Shown here piece after piece: positions 1 to 7,335 of a stretch of DNA of 64,000 nt (its first letter is position 1; each line of letters opens with the position of its first letter). The stretch comes from Bdellovibrionales bacterium (lineage in GTDB: Bacteria; Bdellovibrionota; Bdellovibrionia; Bdellovibrionales; UBA1609): the NCBI GenBank assembly GCA_965203095.1, contig OZ241877.1, forward strand, positions 544,001 to 608,000, written 5' to 3'. A model generated the notes under the pieces. That model had not been told where the DNA came from. It saw only the letters and a list, made by a program, of their open reading frames with translations, and made no database searches. Position numbers and translations under genes: made by a program.

Positions 1-219
1 CCTATAATTGATCTGGTGGATAAAATTCTAAATGTCGGACAATTTAAAAAAGGCACAAAAGCAGAGGATTATTTAAAAGATCCTGCAAAGCAAGCCAAAG
101 TTCAACAATACGAAAAACAAATTGACCAATTGGTTTATAAACTTTACAATCTCACTCCCTCTGAAATAAAAATCATAGAAAATTCATTAAGTGATCAGTA
201 TAAGTTGAGTTATTTATAG
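1..219 (+). CDS. C-terminal end of a probable Type IIG restriction-modification enzyme (partial, runs off window)
   Basis: Frame open from base 1 (PIIDLVDKIL...EKQIDQLVYKLYNLTPSEIKIIE), the typical C-terminal helical tail of Eco57I-like/IIG enzymes. Confidence 0.7.
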   Translation, partial: PIIDLVDKILNVGQFKKGTKAEDYLKDPAKQAKVQQYEKQIDQLVYKLYNLTPSEIKIIENSLSDQYKLSYL

Positions 220-220
220 T

Positions 221-871
221 TCAAGAAAAGGCTTTGGGTTTAAATTCTGGTTTATTGATTAAACTGGCACTATCTCCCACAGCCTTTATCACAAATAAAC
301 CCTCTCTCTCCGATAAAACATGAGCCTTGCCCTCACTTTTTAAATAAGCTACAGCTCCATATAAAGTGTCGGCCTTAAATTTTGGAAAATAAGATTTAAA
401 ATCTTGTAAATTGGATAAAAAATGATGAAGGTCTTTTGGGGCTAAAACTGTTTTCACCTCCACAATCACTACTTCCTTCCCATTGGCTACAATAATGTCA
501 AACTCTGTCTTTTTTTGAACAGTGCCGTCTTTATTCGTCAACTGTGCCTCCACATTGGGTAAGGTTTGATTTACTTGGATCCCCCTTTCCCTTAATAAAT
601 GAACCAGTTTTCCCTTAACCAAGGATTCCACTAAGTGACCCCATCGTTTATTAAAACGACCACCCACTTTTTGTATCATACGATCTGTTCTTTCCTGTTG
701 GGCTTGAAATCTTTCTTGTCTCTCTTTCAGTGCCTGCATTTCCTTTTCTGCCACTTTTTGACGAGCTTGCCACTCTTTTTGACGAACTGAGATATCTCTT
801 AAGTTTTTTTGTGTCTCTCGGACAAGCTTCCAAACTTCATCTAAATCAGGAAAAGTGGGTTTATTACTCAT
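221..871 (-). CDS. Coiled-coil + PD-(D/E)XK nuclease-like protein (DUF3782-like)
   Basis: N-terminal coiled coil, then WGHLVE...EFDII...VEVK motif; SD GGAGGA upstream. Confidence 0.65.
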   Translation of the reverse strand: MSNKPTFPDLDEVWKLVRETQKNLRDISVRQKEWQARQKVAEKEMQALKERQERFQAQQERTDRMIQKVGGRFNKRWGHLVESLVKGKLVHLLRERGIQVNQTLPNVEAQLTNKDGTVQKKTEFDIIVANGKEVVIVEVKTVLAPKDLHHFLSNLQDFKSYFPKFKADTLYGAVAYLKSEGKAHVLSEREGLFVIKAVGDSASLINKPEFKPKAFS

Positions 872-958
872 TATATTCCTCCTTTAGACTATTCATTATA
901 CTGACAAATTTTAAAAAAGCAATCCTATTTTTTTAAAATGGCTAAAAACTGGTATGAA

Positions 959-1013
959 GGAAAAAAGTGGCTCTTTTTAAGGTGTGATTTAACACTAACT
1001 TTAAAAAGGAGGA
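959..1013 (+). repeat. Dispersed promoter/RBS module, copy 1 (copy 2 at 27937-27992)
   Basis: 31-bp identical core TGTGATTTAACACTAACTTTAAAAAGGAGGA plus similar upstream AAAAAAGTGG(A)CTCTTTTTAA. Confidence 0.85.
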
Positions 1014-1019
1014 GTATTA

Positions 1020-2243
1020 TCAAGGAGAAGGCTGGGAAGTAGGCTCACCCCTGCTATCCATTTCCCTGGATAAAGCCAAGACCCCCAGTTTAGCGATCCA
1101 ACTATAGACATTTTCCATAACTAAACCCTGGATTTTAATTTCTAAATCGCTCATGCAGAGCCGGCGGAATACCGCACCGGGGCTGTTCAAATTGGCTTTA
1201 TGATCTTTTGTCTTATGGCTCCTTAAAAAGCCACCAGCCACTTGGCAACCAATCATATATATCACTGGTTCTGCATTGCCAGAACGCTGAAGTGTTGTAG
1301 GGATTCCCTCTTGAATAATGATTTCTTTTACTACTGCTTCCCCCTTAGAGGCACTCATTTTTTTGCGAGCTTTCCAGCTGAATCGTTCAAAACTCTCTGG
1401 ATCTTTAATAGCCATAACTCCAAGTCCATAAGTGCCAGAGTTATTTTTTAAAAACAAATAAGGTTCTTCAAAAGGGTCTTCCTTTTTTTGCCGGCTTTTT
1501 AACTTTTGCAGGCCAGCTTTCAATCTGGATTTGAGATTTAAAACATTTTCTTGAGATTTCATATCAAAAGGGGAAAAAAGCTCTGTCTCTATTTTTAATC
1601 GCCAAGGCTCTATACCTAATAATCCCGCAAACTCCTCCGCCAATAAGTTGTATTCCTTAAAAAACCGGTGTTTTTTCCGGAAAAGCCAGCCCATTTTTAT
1701 CGGAGGCTTGTATTCTCTATCCAAGGGCAAGTCATATTGGTCGGAAAAGTCATTATTACTAATTACCACCCCCTCTTTTTTTATTGAGTGCAAAAGCTGG
1801 AGAAAAAGCTCTCTCCCGCTGGCGGTCACTATTTTTTGAGGGGATAAAATTTTCTTTCCGGGAACACAAACTGTCACCGGAAAGCCCGCCTGCTCGATAA
1901 GAGATTTTATAACTAAAATATTGTCCCAATAATAGAGGTTTCGGGTGTGCTCTTCAGCTAAAAGGAGGATGTGCTTTGTTGAGGAATGGCTTTCCCTTAA
2001 ATGGATTTTAATAAGCTCACTGGTTCTTTTTTGATCCTCTTCACAAATATTATTAAACCCAGCGGGAAAAACATTGGCGTCCACACAAGCCACTTTAAGT
2101 TGAGATTCTCTTATATCAAAACTGGAGTAAAAAGGGAGTTTATAACCTTTGGATTTGTCTAAAAGCCAGTTTTCCGCCTCTGTTAATTTGTCGATAATTT
2201 TTTGATGAATCAAATGACGAAAAGGAAGAGTTGATGTTTTCAT
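1020..2243 (-). CDS. gshA: Glutamate-cysteine ligase (GshA family)
   Basis: PFYSSFDIRES..VDANVFPAGFNN, EEHTRNLYY, KNNSGTYGLG, IIQEG and GGFLR motifs. Confidence 0.85.
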   Translation of the reverse strand: MKTSTLPFRHLIHQKIIDKLTEAENWLLDKSKGYKLPFYSSFDIRESQLKVACVDANVFPAGFNNICEEDQKRTSELIKIHLRESHSSTKHILLLAEEHTRNLYYWDNILVIKSLIEQAGFPVTVCVPGKKILSPQKIVTASGRELFLQLLHSIKKEGVVISNNDFSDQYDLPLDREYKPPIKMGWLFRKKHRFFKEYNLLAEEFAGLLGIEPWRLKIETELFSPFDMKSQENVLNLKSRLKAGLQKLKSRQKKEDPFEEPYLFLKNNSGTYGLGVMAIKDPESFERFSWKARKKMSASKGEAVVKEIIIQEGIPTTLQRSGNAEPVIYMIGCQVAGGFLRSHKTKDHKANLNSPGAVFRRLCMSDLEIKIQGLVMENVYSWIAKLGVLALSREMDSRGEPTSQPSP

Positions 2244-2280
2244 ATTTATAGTTGGGTTTTCACGATAAAACCATATCCTG

Positions 2281-3213
2281 TTATTGGGTAGATAAAAGCT
2301 TTATAGCTTTTTTTGATTTTTGGCTATAAAAAATTTCCAACTTTTTTAAATTTTCCCTTTGAATCCATGCATTAGCTGAAAGCAAAGCCTCTGTTAAAGG
2401 ACCTTTATATTTTGCCTTGTTTTTGACCCTTGAAATGGCAAAAAACAGTTTATCAAATAAAAGATACAACTCTTTTATGGCAAGCTCATCCTTATTTTCA
2501 ACTGGAATAAATAAGGCTTGTAAAAGGAACAGTTGGTGATAGGGGAAGGCTCTTAAAAAAGCTGAAGGTGGGAACTGATCTTTTTTGGCATAAGAGCGAC
2601 CCATAAGATAAAATGTCCGGCGGATTTCATGGTTCAGTTCTTCTTCTGTGGAAAAGGCGGATCGGGATTGTAGGATTTTATCTAAAGCCAGGGTTTTGTA
2701 TCTCTCTGCCTGAGGGATTTTGCCCAACCCCGCCTGAGCAATAGCCTGCCGTGCCGGATAAATGGCATTCCGCAAAAGCCAAGGCCCATCATCTAATTTT
2801 TTTTGAGCGGATTTTAAAGATAAAAAAGCCTGCTTTATATCTCCTAAACACTCGTAAGCATAGCTCTGTTCCATAAGCCCTCTCACTTCGAGCTGGGCGG
2901 GACTACCCCTTTGCCTCAAAAATTTTTGATGATATTTAAGCGATTTTTCACACTGGCCAGCCTCTTTATACGCCACTCCCGCATTAAATAACATAAGAGC
3001 TTTGCTTGTGGGATCTTTAACGGAGCGAGCCAGTTTATCGTATATTATAGCTCCTTTTAAAAATTCCTGATTTTTTATAAACGAAAGGGCTTTTTCACTT
3101 TGAGCTATATGTTGAGGGCTGAGGGCGGGATGAGTTTTTTTGTCAGTTGTGGTGCAATGTAAGATACAGCACAGGCTGAAAAGGCTGAAAAAAAAATGTA
3201 AATTTTTCAACAT
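2281..3213 (-). CDS. TPR-repeat lipoprotein
   Basis: Hydrophobic signal ending in Cys; TPR-like helices (LFNAGVAYKEAGQCEKS, SYAYECLGD). Confidence 0.55.
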   Translation of the reverse strand: MLKNLHFFFSLFSLCCILHCTTTDKKTHPALSPQHIAQSEKALSFIKNQEFLKGAIIYDKLARSVKDPTSKALMLFNAGVAYKEAGQCEKSLKYHQKFLRQRGSPAQLEVRGLMEQSYAYECLGDIKQAFLSLKSAQKKLDDGPWLLRNAIYPARQAIAQAGLGKIPQAERYKTLALDKILQSRSAFSTEEELNHEIRRTFYLMGRSYAKKDQFPPSAFLRAFPYHQLFLLQALFIPVENKDELAIKELYLLFDKLFFAISRVKNKAKYKGPLTEALLSANAWIQRENLKKLEIFYSQKSKKAIKLLSTQ

Positions 3214-3357
3214 GCTTGCTATTTTGCCTTTTTATCCCTTAAAAAACAAGAGCAGAAATAAAAAGCTTATTTTTTTTGATTCTCTTTTCTTGAACAGGGA
3301 TAGCTTATGTTATAAAAGGATAGGGTTTTTTACAGGAGACTAAAAAGAGAGGCTTTT

Positions 3358-4623
3358 ATGCAAGTAATAGAGGAAAAGGGCTTAAAACGGAAGATAGAGT
3401 TTACTGTCCCTCTTGAAGAGGTCAATGCGGGTTTTTTAAAAAGCTATCAGCAAATACAAAAAACCGCTCGTATGCCTGGATTTCGACAAGGTAAAGTTCC
3501 CTTAAAAACCTTAGAGAGGAATTACAAAAATCAGGCGTATCAAAAAACTATAGAGAGCTTATTTCACTCATTTTATCCTATAGCTTTAAATCAGCTTTCC
3601 CTCCGGCCGGCCGGACCGCCACAACTCTTGAATGTGGATCTCCGGGAAGGGCAGGCTTGTAAATTTCTTTTGGAGATAGAGATTCACCCTCAAGTGGGCC
3701 TAAAAGGTTTAGAGAGTTTGCATTGTGCCCCTTTTAAGAGTCAAATTAAAGAGGAAGATGTGGATTCTGCTTTAAAGAGATTGAGGGAATCTTTTGCTGA
3801 GTGGGCCGACACTACTGGGGAGGGGCCACTAAAAAAAGCTGATTTTTGTGATATTCAGTTGGAGGCTTTTTCGTTATCGGGGGAGAGAAAGTTAGAGCCT
3901 ACTTCCCTTATGTTGGAGGCGGGAAAAAACTTCATAGCCCCCGGCTTTGATAAACATTTAATAGGGCTTAAACTGAAGGAAAAGCGAGAGTTTGATTTTT
4001 TATTTCCGGAAGATCATCCTCATACAAAAGTTGCGGGTCAAAAATTGCGGGTTTCTGCCTGTTTAATAGGGTTTAAAAATAAAGTTTTACCTAATTTAAA
4101 GTCTTTGGCTGAAAAATTGAGTTTAAAAACTGTGGAGGAATTGCGGGATAAGATTAAAAAAGACATACAAAAGCTTGAGAATCAAAAATATCAAGAAAAA
4201 CTGGAACAAGATATCCTCCAGCAGATAATAGAAAAAAACCCCTTAGATCTCCCTGAAGTTTTGATCCGGCAGGAAGTGCAAAGGCTTAAAGACATAGTGA
4301 AACAACAATGGGATCAAAAATCACCCGGCCAGTCATCCGCTTTTTTGAAAGATAAGGAACCGGAGTTTGAAAAATCAGCTAAAAAAAATCTTCATATAAG
4401 CTATCTTGTTCAACAGCTCATTCAGGATATGGAAATTAAAGTATCTGAAGAAGAGATTAAACAATCCCTAAAAAAAACCTTTCCGGAGACTCCATTAGAG
4501 AATGTGAAGGCTCAGCTAAAGCAGGAACAATCTTGGGATAGTTGGATCTTTAATCTCAAAAAGAAAAAGGCCTTAGGCCAGCTCATTCACCGGGCACAAA
4601 ACAAAACTTTAATAATACCCTAA
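3358..4623 (+). CDS. tig: Trigger factor
   Basis: Ribosome-binding signature MPGFRQGKVP, FKBP-like APGFDKHLIG, 421 aa. Confidence 0.9.
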   Translation: MQVIEEKGLKRKIEFTVPLEEVNAGFLKSYQQIQKTARMPGFRQGKVPLKTLERNYKNQAYQKTIESLFHSFYPIALNQLSLRPAGPPQLLNVDLREGQACKFLLEIEIHPQVGLKGLESLHCAPFKSQIKEEDVDSALKRLRESFAEWADTTGEGPLKKADFCDIQLEAFSLSGERKLEPTSLMLEAGKNFIAPGFDKHLIGLKLKEKREFDFLFPEDHPHTKVAGQKLRVSACLIGFKNKVLPNLKSLAEKLSLKTVEELRDKIKKDIQKLENQKYQEKLEQDILQQIIEKNPLDLPEVLIRQEVQRLKDIVKQQWDQKSPGQSSAFLKDKEPEFEKSAKKNLHISYLVQQLIQDMEIKVSEEEIKQSLKKTFPETPLENVKAQLKQEQSWDSWIFNLKKKKALGQLIHRAQNKTLIIP

Positions 4624-5115
4624 ACTTTTTAGAGTGAGCCAGCTCATCCAAGCCATAAAAAGTGTGACGGAAAAGGGAATACTGTGGAACTGGATCCCTT
4701 TGGTGGTTCGATTAGTGAATAAATAATATAAGTTGAGAAAAAACTTTTTAAGTTGCCCATCCAAAGTGATTTTAACCAATCCCAGGAGTAAAGCCCATGG
4801 TAAAGAGTAGATAAAAATACGGAGAAAATCCAACCAACTCAAAGTGAAAGCCAAAACAACTAAAAGCTTGAGGTCTCCTCCCCCAATGGCTCGAAGTAAA
4901 GCCAGAGGGACTGCCACAAGCAAGGCCAATCCTGCAGACAGGCCCCCATCTATTAGACCTTGAGATCCTTTGAGCACAAAAACCGCTAAAATAGCTATAA
5001 ATAACAGAACCAAAATGAGCTTGTTGTGAATTTTTCGGGAACGGAGATCATCAATGCTGGCAATAAATAAAATCAGGCCAGAGAGGAAAAATACCGGCTC
5101 TAAATTAAAGATCAT
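4609..5115 (-). CDS. Prepilin peptidase, A24 family (CpaA/TadV-like)
   Basis: DLRSRKIHN and GGGDLKL catalytic Asp motifs, multiple TM helices, downstream of flp-like genes. Confidence 0.88.
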   Translation of the reverse strand: MIFNLEPVFFLSGLILFIASIDDLRSRKIHNKLILVLLFIAILAVFVLKGSQGLIDGGLSAGLALLVAVPLALLRAIGGGDLKLLVVLAFTLSWLDFLRIFIYSLPWALLLGLVKITLDGQLKKFFLNLYYLFTNRTTKGIQFHSIPFSVTLFMAWMSWLTLKSLGYY

Positions 5116-5130
5116 TATCTGCTTTATTTA

Positions 5131-5319
5131 TTAAGGGGTTTGCCAATTGGACCCGGCCTCGGCCCTAAAAGCTTCGCCAGTTTCTAAATGATCTTCTACT
5201 ATTTTTGCCAGAAAGGGCGAGCCTTTTTGAAACATCGCAACAGGTCCATTACCTATAGAAAAAGCTCCGGCAAGGATCATAGCCGAAACAACAAGCAGAA
5301 GCAAATATTCAACAACCAT
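5131..5319 (-). CDS. Flp/TadE-like pilin lacking a cleavable leader
   Basis: Starts MVVEYLLLLVV (Flp EY motif); SD AAGGAG 7 nt upstream; in-frame stop shortly upstream. Confidence 0.65.
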   Translation of the reverse strand: MVVEYLLLLVVSAMILAGAFSIGNGPVAMFQKGSPFLAKIVEDHLETGEAFRAEAGSNWQTP

Positions 5320-5372
5320 TATGAAACTCCTTGTTTAAGAGAGCTTATTTAAAAAGATAGCTCTCAAAAAAC

Positions 5373-5400
5373 TTATCGGTTAAAAGCATAAAAAAATCAA
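5373..5400 (-). promoter_or_regulatory. Possible sigma28 (FliA) promoter
   Basis: -10 ACCGATAA at 5373-5380 on minus strand; -35 is poor (TTGAT). Confidence 0.4.
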
Positions 5401-5418
5401 GCCATTATGTGAATTTTT

Positions 5419-5700
5419 TTATGGCTTAGCTAAAAGCTGATCCAGCTTGGCTTCTATACTGTCTATCTTTTTTACCAGTTGATTTTGTCCAACTTCTATA
5501 CTGTCTATCCTTTTTACCAGTTGATTTTGTCCAACTTCTAAATTGTCTATCCTTTTTGCCAGATGAGCTATATCCTTTTTCATTGGTTCTATTTTTGCAT
5601 TTAAAAGAAAGTTCATAAAAAAAGCAAAAAAAGCAAAGACTAAAGAGAATGAGGCCACAACAGAAATAACCGTTGTGACGACAAGTTGTAAAGGTTTCAT
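5419..5700 (-). CDS. Small membrane-anchored coiled-coil repeat protein (XhlA/Bdr-like architecture)
   Basis: N-terminal TM helix then 14-aa (42-bp) repeats KRIDxxEVGQNQLV; SD AAGGAGG. Confidence 0.7.
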   Translation of the reverse strand: MKPLQLVVTTVISVVASFSLVFAFFAFFMNFLLNAKIEPMKKDIAHLAKRIDNLEVGQNQLVKRIDSIEVGQNQLVKKIDSIEAKLDQLLAKP

Positions 5701-5867
5701 TTTACCTCCTTTTGTTAACCGATTGACTCTATTATTGATTCATTGAGGCCAAAAGTCAATATTTTTTGATATTAGGGGCTATAATTTGCATGAATACATT
5801 AGTCGCTTGTGAAAAAGCCCAGTGTTTATATAGTTCTCAGCTGGTTTTACTCAAAAAACAACTTTTT

Positions 5868-5896
5868 TTGACTGAGTTTTAGCCTTGTGCTATAAT
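5868..5896 (+). promoter_or_regulatory. Sigma70 promoter, probably leaderless transcript
   Basis: TTGACT-N17-TATAAT with extended TG; ATG at 5903 lies 7 nt after the -10, no SD. Confidence 0.7.
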
Positions 5897-5902
5897 GGGT
5901 TT

Positions 5903-6259
5903 ATGAACTGGTCAGTTATATTAGATCTTTTTGATCAGGCTGTTCCTGTGGGAGTTGTGGCTATAATAGTTTTTCAAGCAGTCATGAGTCGGGATATGAA
6001 GCATATTAGAAAGGATTTAGATAATCATGTCACAGATACAAACAAAAAGATTGAAAATCTTGATAATAAGTTTGATAAAAAATTTGAAGGATTGGGTAGC
6101 AAGTTTGATAAAAAATTTGAAGGACTGGATAGCAAGTTTGATAAAAAATTTGAAGGATTGGGTAGCAAATTTGATAAAAAATTTGAAGGACTGGATAGCA
6201 AATTTGATAAAAAATTTGATAAACTTGAATCTAAAATAGATCAAATTTTAAGGAAATAG
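5903..6259 (+). CDS. Small membrane-anchored coiled-coil repeat protein (Bdr-like architecture)
   Basis: TM helix then 11-aa repeats (S)KFDKKFEGL(G/D); start moved to ATG 5903 on promoter position. Confidence 0.7.
   Translation: MNWSVILDLFDQAVPVGVVAIIVFQAVMSRDMKHIRKDLDNHVTDTNKKIENLDNKFDKKFEGLGSKFDKKFEGLDSKFDKKFEGLGSKFDKKFEGLDSKFDKKFDKLESKIDQILRK
6068..6219 (+). repeat. 33-bp coding tandem repeat, about 4.6 copies
   Basis: Units start 6068, 6101, 6134, 6167, 6200. Confidence 0.95.
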
Positions 6260-6284
6260 CTGAAAACTTAGTAAAGGCTAACCG

Positions 6285-6305
6285 AAAAGCCCACAGGCTT
6301 TTTTT
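6285..6305 (+). terminator. Intrinsic terminator upstream of the silent flp cassette
   Basis: AAAAGCC-CACA-GGCTTTT hairpin running into a T tract. Confidence 0.6.
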
Positions 6306-6360
6306 ATGAGTCTATTAGAAAGGTGCTGGGCTGAGAGGCTGGGAAAAAATTCACGCAGCA

Positions 6361-6531
6361 CTTTTCCACCATCTTTGGAGCGATGAGTCTGGCCAAGGAG
6401 CTATGGAGTATATCCTTATGCTCACAGTGGTTGCTGGTATCATTTTCATATTCAAAGGTAGAATTTCAGACATAGTAAATGAGCTTGTCGATAAATCAAA
6501 GGACAAAATGGGTAATGCTTTAGATCAATGA
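6361..6531 (+). other. Silent (start-less) Flp pilin cassette
   Basis: Reads LFHHLWSDESGQGAMEYILMLTVVAGIIFIFKGRISDIVNELVDKSKDKMGNALDQ*; in-frame TAG at 6316-6318 and no ATG/GTG/TTG before the G|Q cleavage site. Confidence 0.9.
6362..6422 (+). repeat. 61-bp perfect inverted repeat, left arm
   Basis: Exact reverse complement of 6962-7022. Confidence 0.97.
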
Positions 6532-6645
6532 CCATAATTATAAAAACTAATGGGTTATTTAAAGTTTGATGGTAGGCACTGACTCTATAAACCGAACTCT
6601 CATAATAAGCTTGTAATGAGTAAAGGGAAATCTCAAATCATACTG

Positions 6646-6791
6646 AGTCGTCCGTGAAAAACTTTGCTAAAAAGTCCCCCAGACTTTTTAGCTCCCGTGC
6701 AAACGGGAATCCATACACCTTGTTTTGTAGGAAGAACCCCGTATTTCACTATGTCCAGCTTTCCTGGATTCCCGCTTAAGGCGGGAATGAC
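6646..6791. repeat. Composite REP/MITE-like element between the two flp copies
   Basis: AGTCGTCCGTGAAAAA end, GCTAAAAAGTC..GACTTTTTAGC hairpin, and TCCC-N8/9-GGGAAT palindromes. Confidence 0.8.
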
Positions 6792-6840
6792 TGGGATATT
6801 GCCTCACAGCTGAATAGAGCTATAAAACTTGTCAGGATAG

Positions 6841-7044
6841 TTATTGAGTTTGGACACTGTCTATAGCACCCCTAAGTTTGCCCTCTGTCTGTGTAGTGAG
6901 ATTTCCAACTGCCTCCAGTATTGGTTTTTTAAAAGCTATTACTATAGCCCCAACTACAACCAGCATAAGGATATACTCCATAGCTCCTTGGCCAGACTCA
7001 TCGCTCCAAAGATGGTGGAAAAATTTTTTTATTGATTTTTTCAT
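6841..7044 (-). CDS. flp: Flp family type IVb/c pilin (complete copy with promoter and RBS)
   Basis: DESG|QGAMEY cleavage and EY motif, hydrophobic helix, 67 aa, SD AAGGAGG. Confidence 0.92.
   Translation of the reverse strand: MKKSIKKFFHHLWSDESGQGAMEYILMLVVVGAIVIAFKKPILEAVGNLTTQTEGKLRGAIDSVQTQ
6962..7022 (-). repeat. 61-bp perfect inverted repeat, right arm (inside complete flp)
   Basis: Exact reverse complement of 6362-6422; encodes FHHLWSDESGQGAMEYILML. Confidence 0.97.
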
Positions 7045-7065
7045 AAAAACCTCCTTTTGATAGTC

Positions 7066-7093
7066 TTATCGGTTGTAAGTCCAAAAAACTTAA
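7066..7093 (-). promoter_or_regulatory. Sigma28 (FliA) promoter of flp
   Basis: TTAAG-N16-CCGATAA, 22 nt upstream of the ATG. Confidence 0.75.
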
Positions 7094-7335
7094 GTAGAAA
7101 AATGAATTTTTTAAAAAAAATAATTAAGCACAAAAACTTATGCTAATCATAAGATTTTTAAATACCTCTTTTAAAATCAACATTTCTTGGCCCAAAAGCT
7201 CAAAATTATAGCCTTAGCTGTCCATTTAAAGAGCTTTTTCAGCCATAAAGACGAGAAAATGCCCTCCCCCCTATCTTTCTAAAAAAAACTTTTTTCTCTA
7301 AAAAAAAAGAATTTTTTTCACTTTCAGGCCAAAAT

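Noticed and set aside
6068..6219. Possible CRISPR array (also 33506-33930 and 43355-43795)
   Set aside because: Contiguous in-frame coding repeats without unique spacers; no cas genes in the window.
6017..6244. Alternative-frame ORFs over the 33-bp repeat
   Set aside because: Shadows of the tandem repeat in 5903-6259; no RBS or independent features.
6395..6405. AAGGAG-CT-ATG as a start for the silent flp copy
   Set aside because: SD-to-ATG spacing of 2 nt is too short and the product would begin downstream of the cleavage site; kept only as a refutation test.
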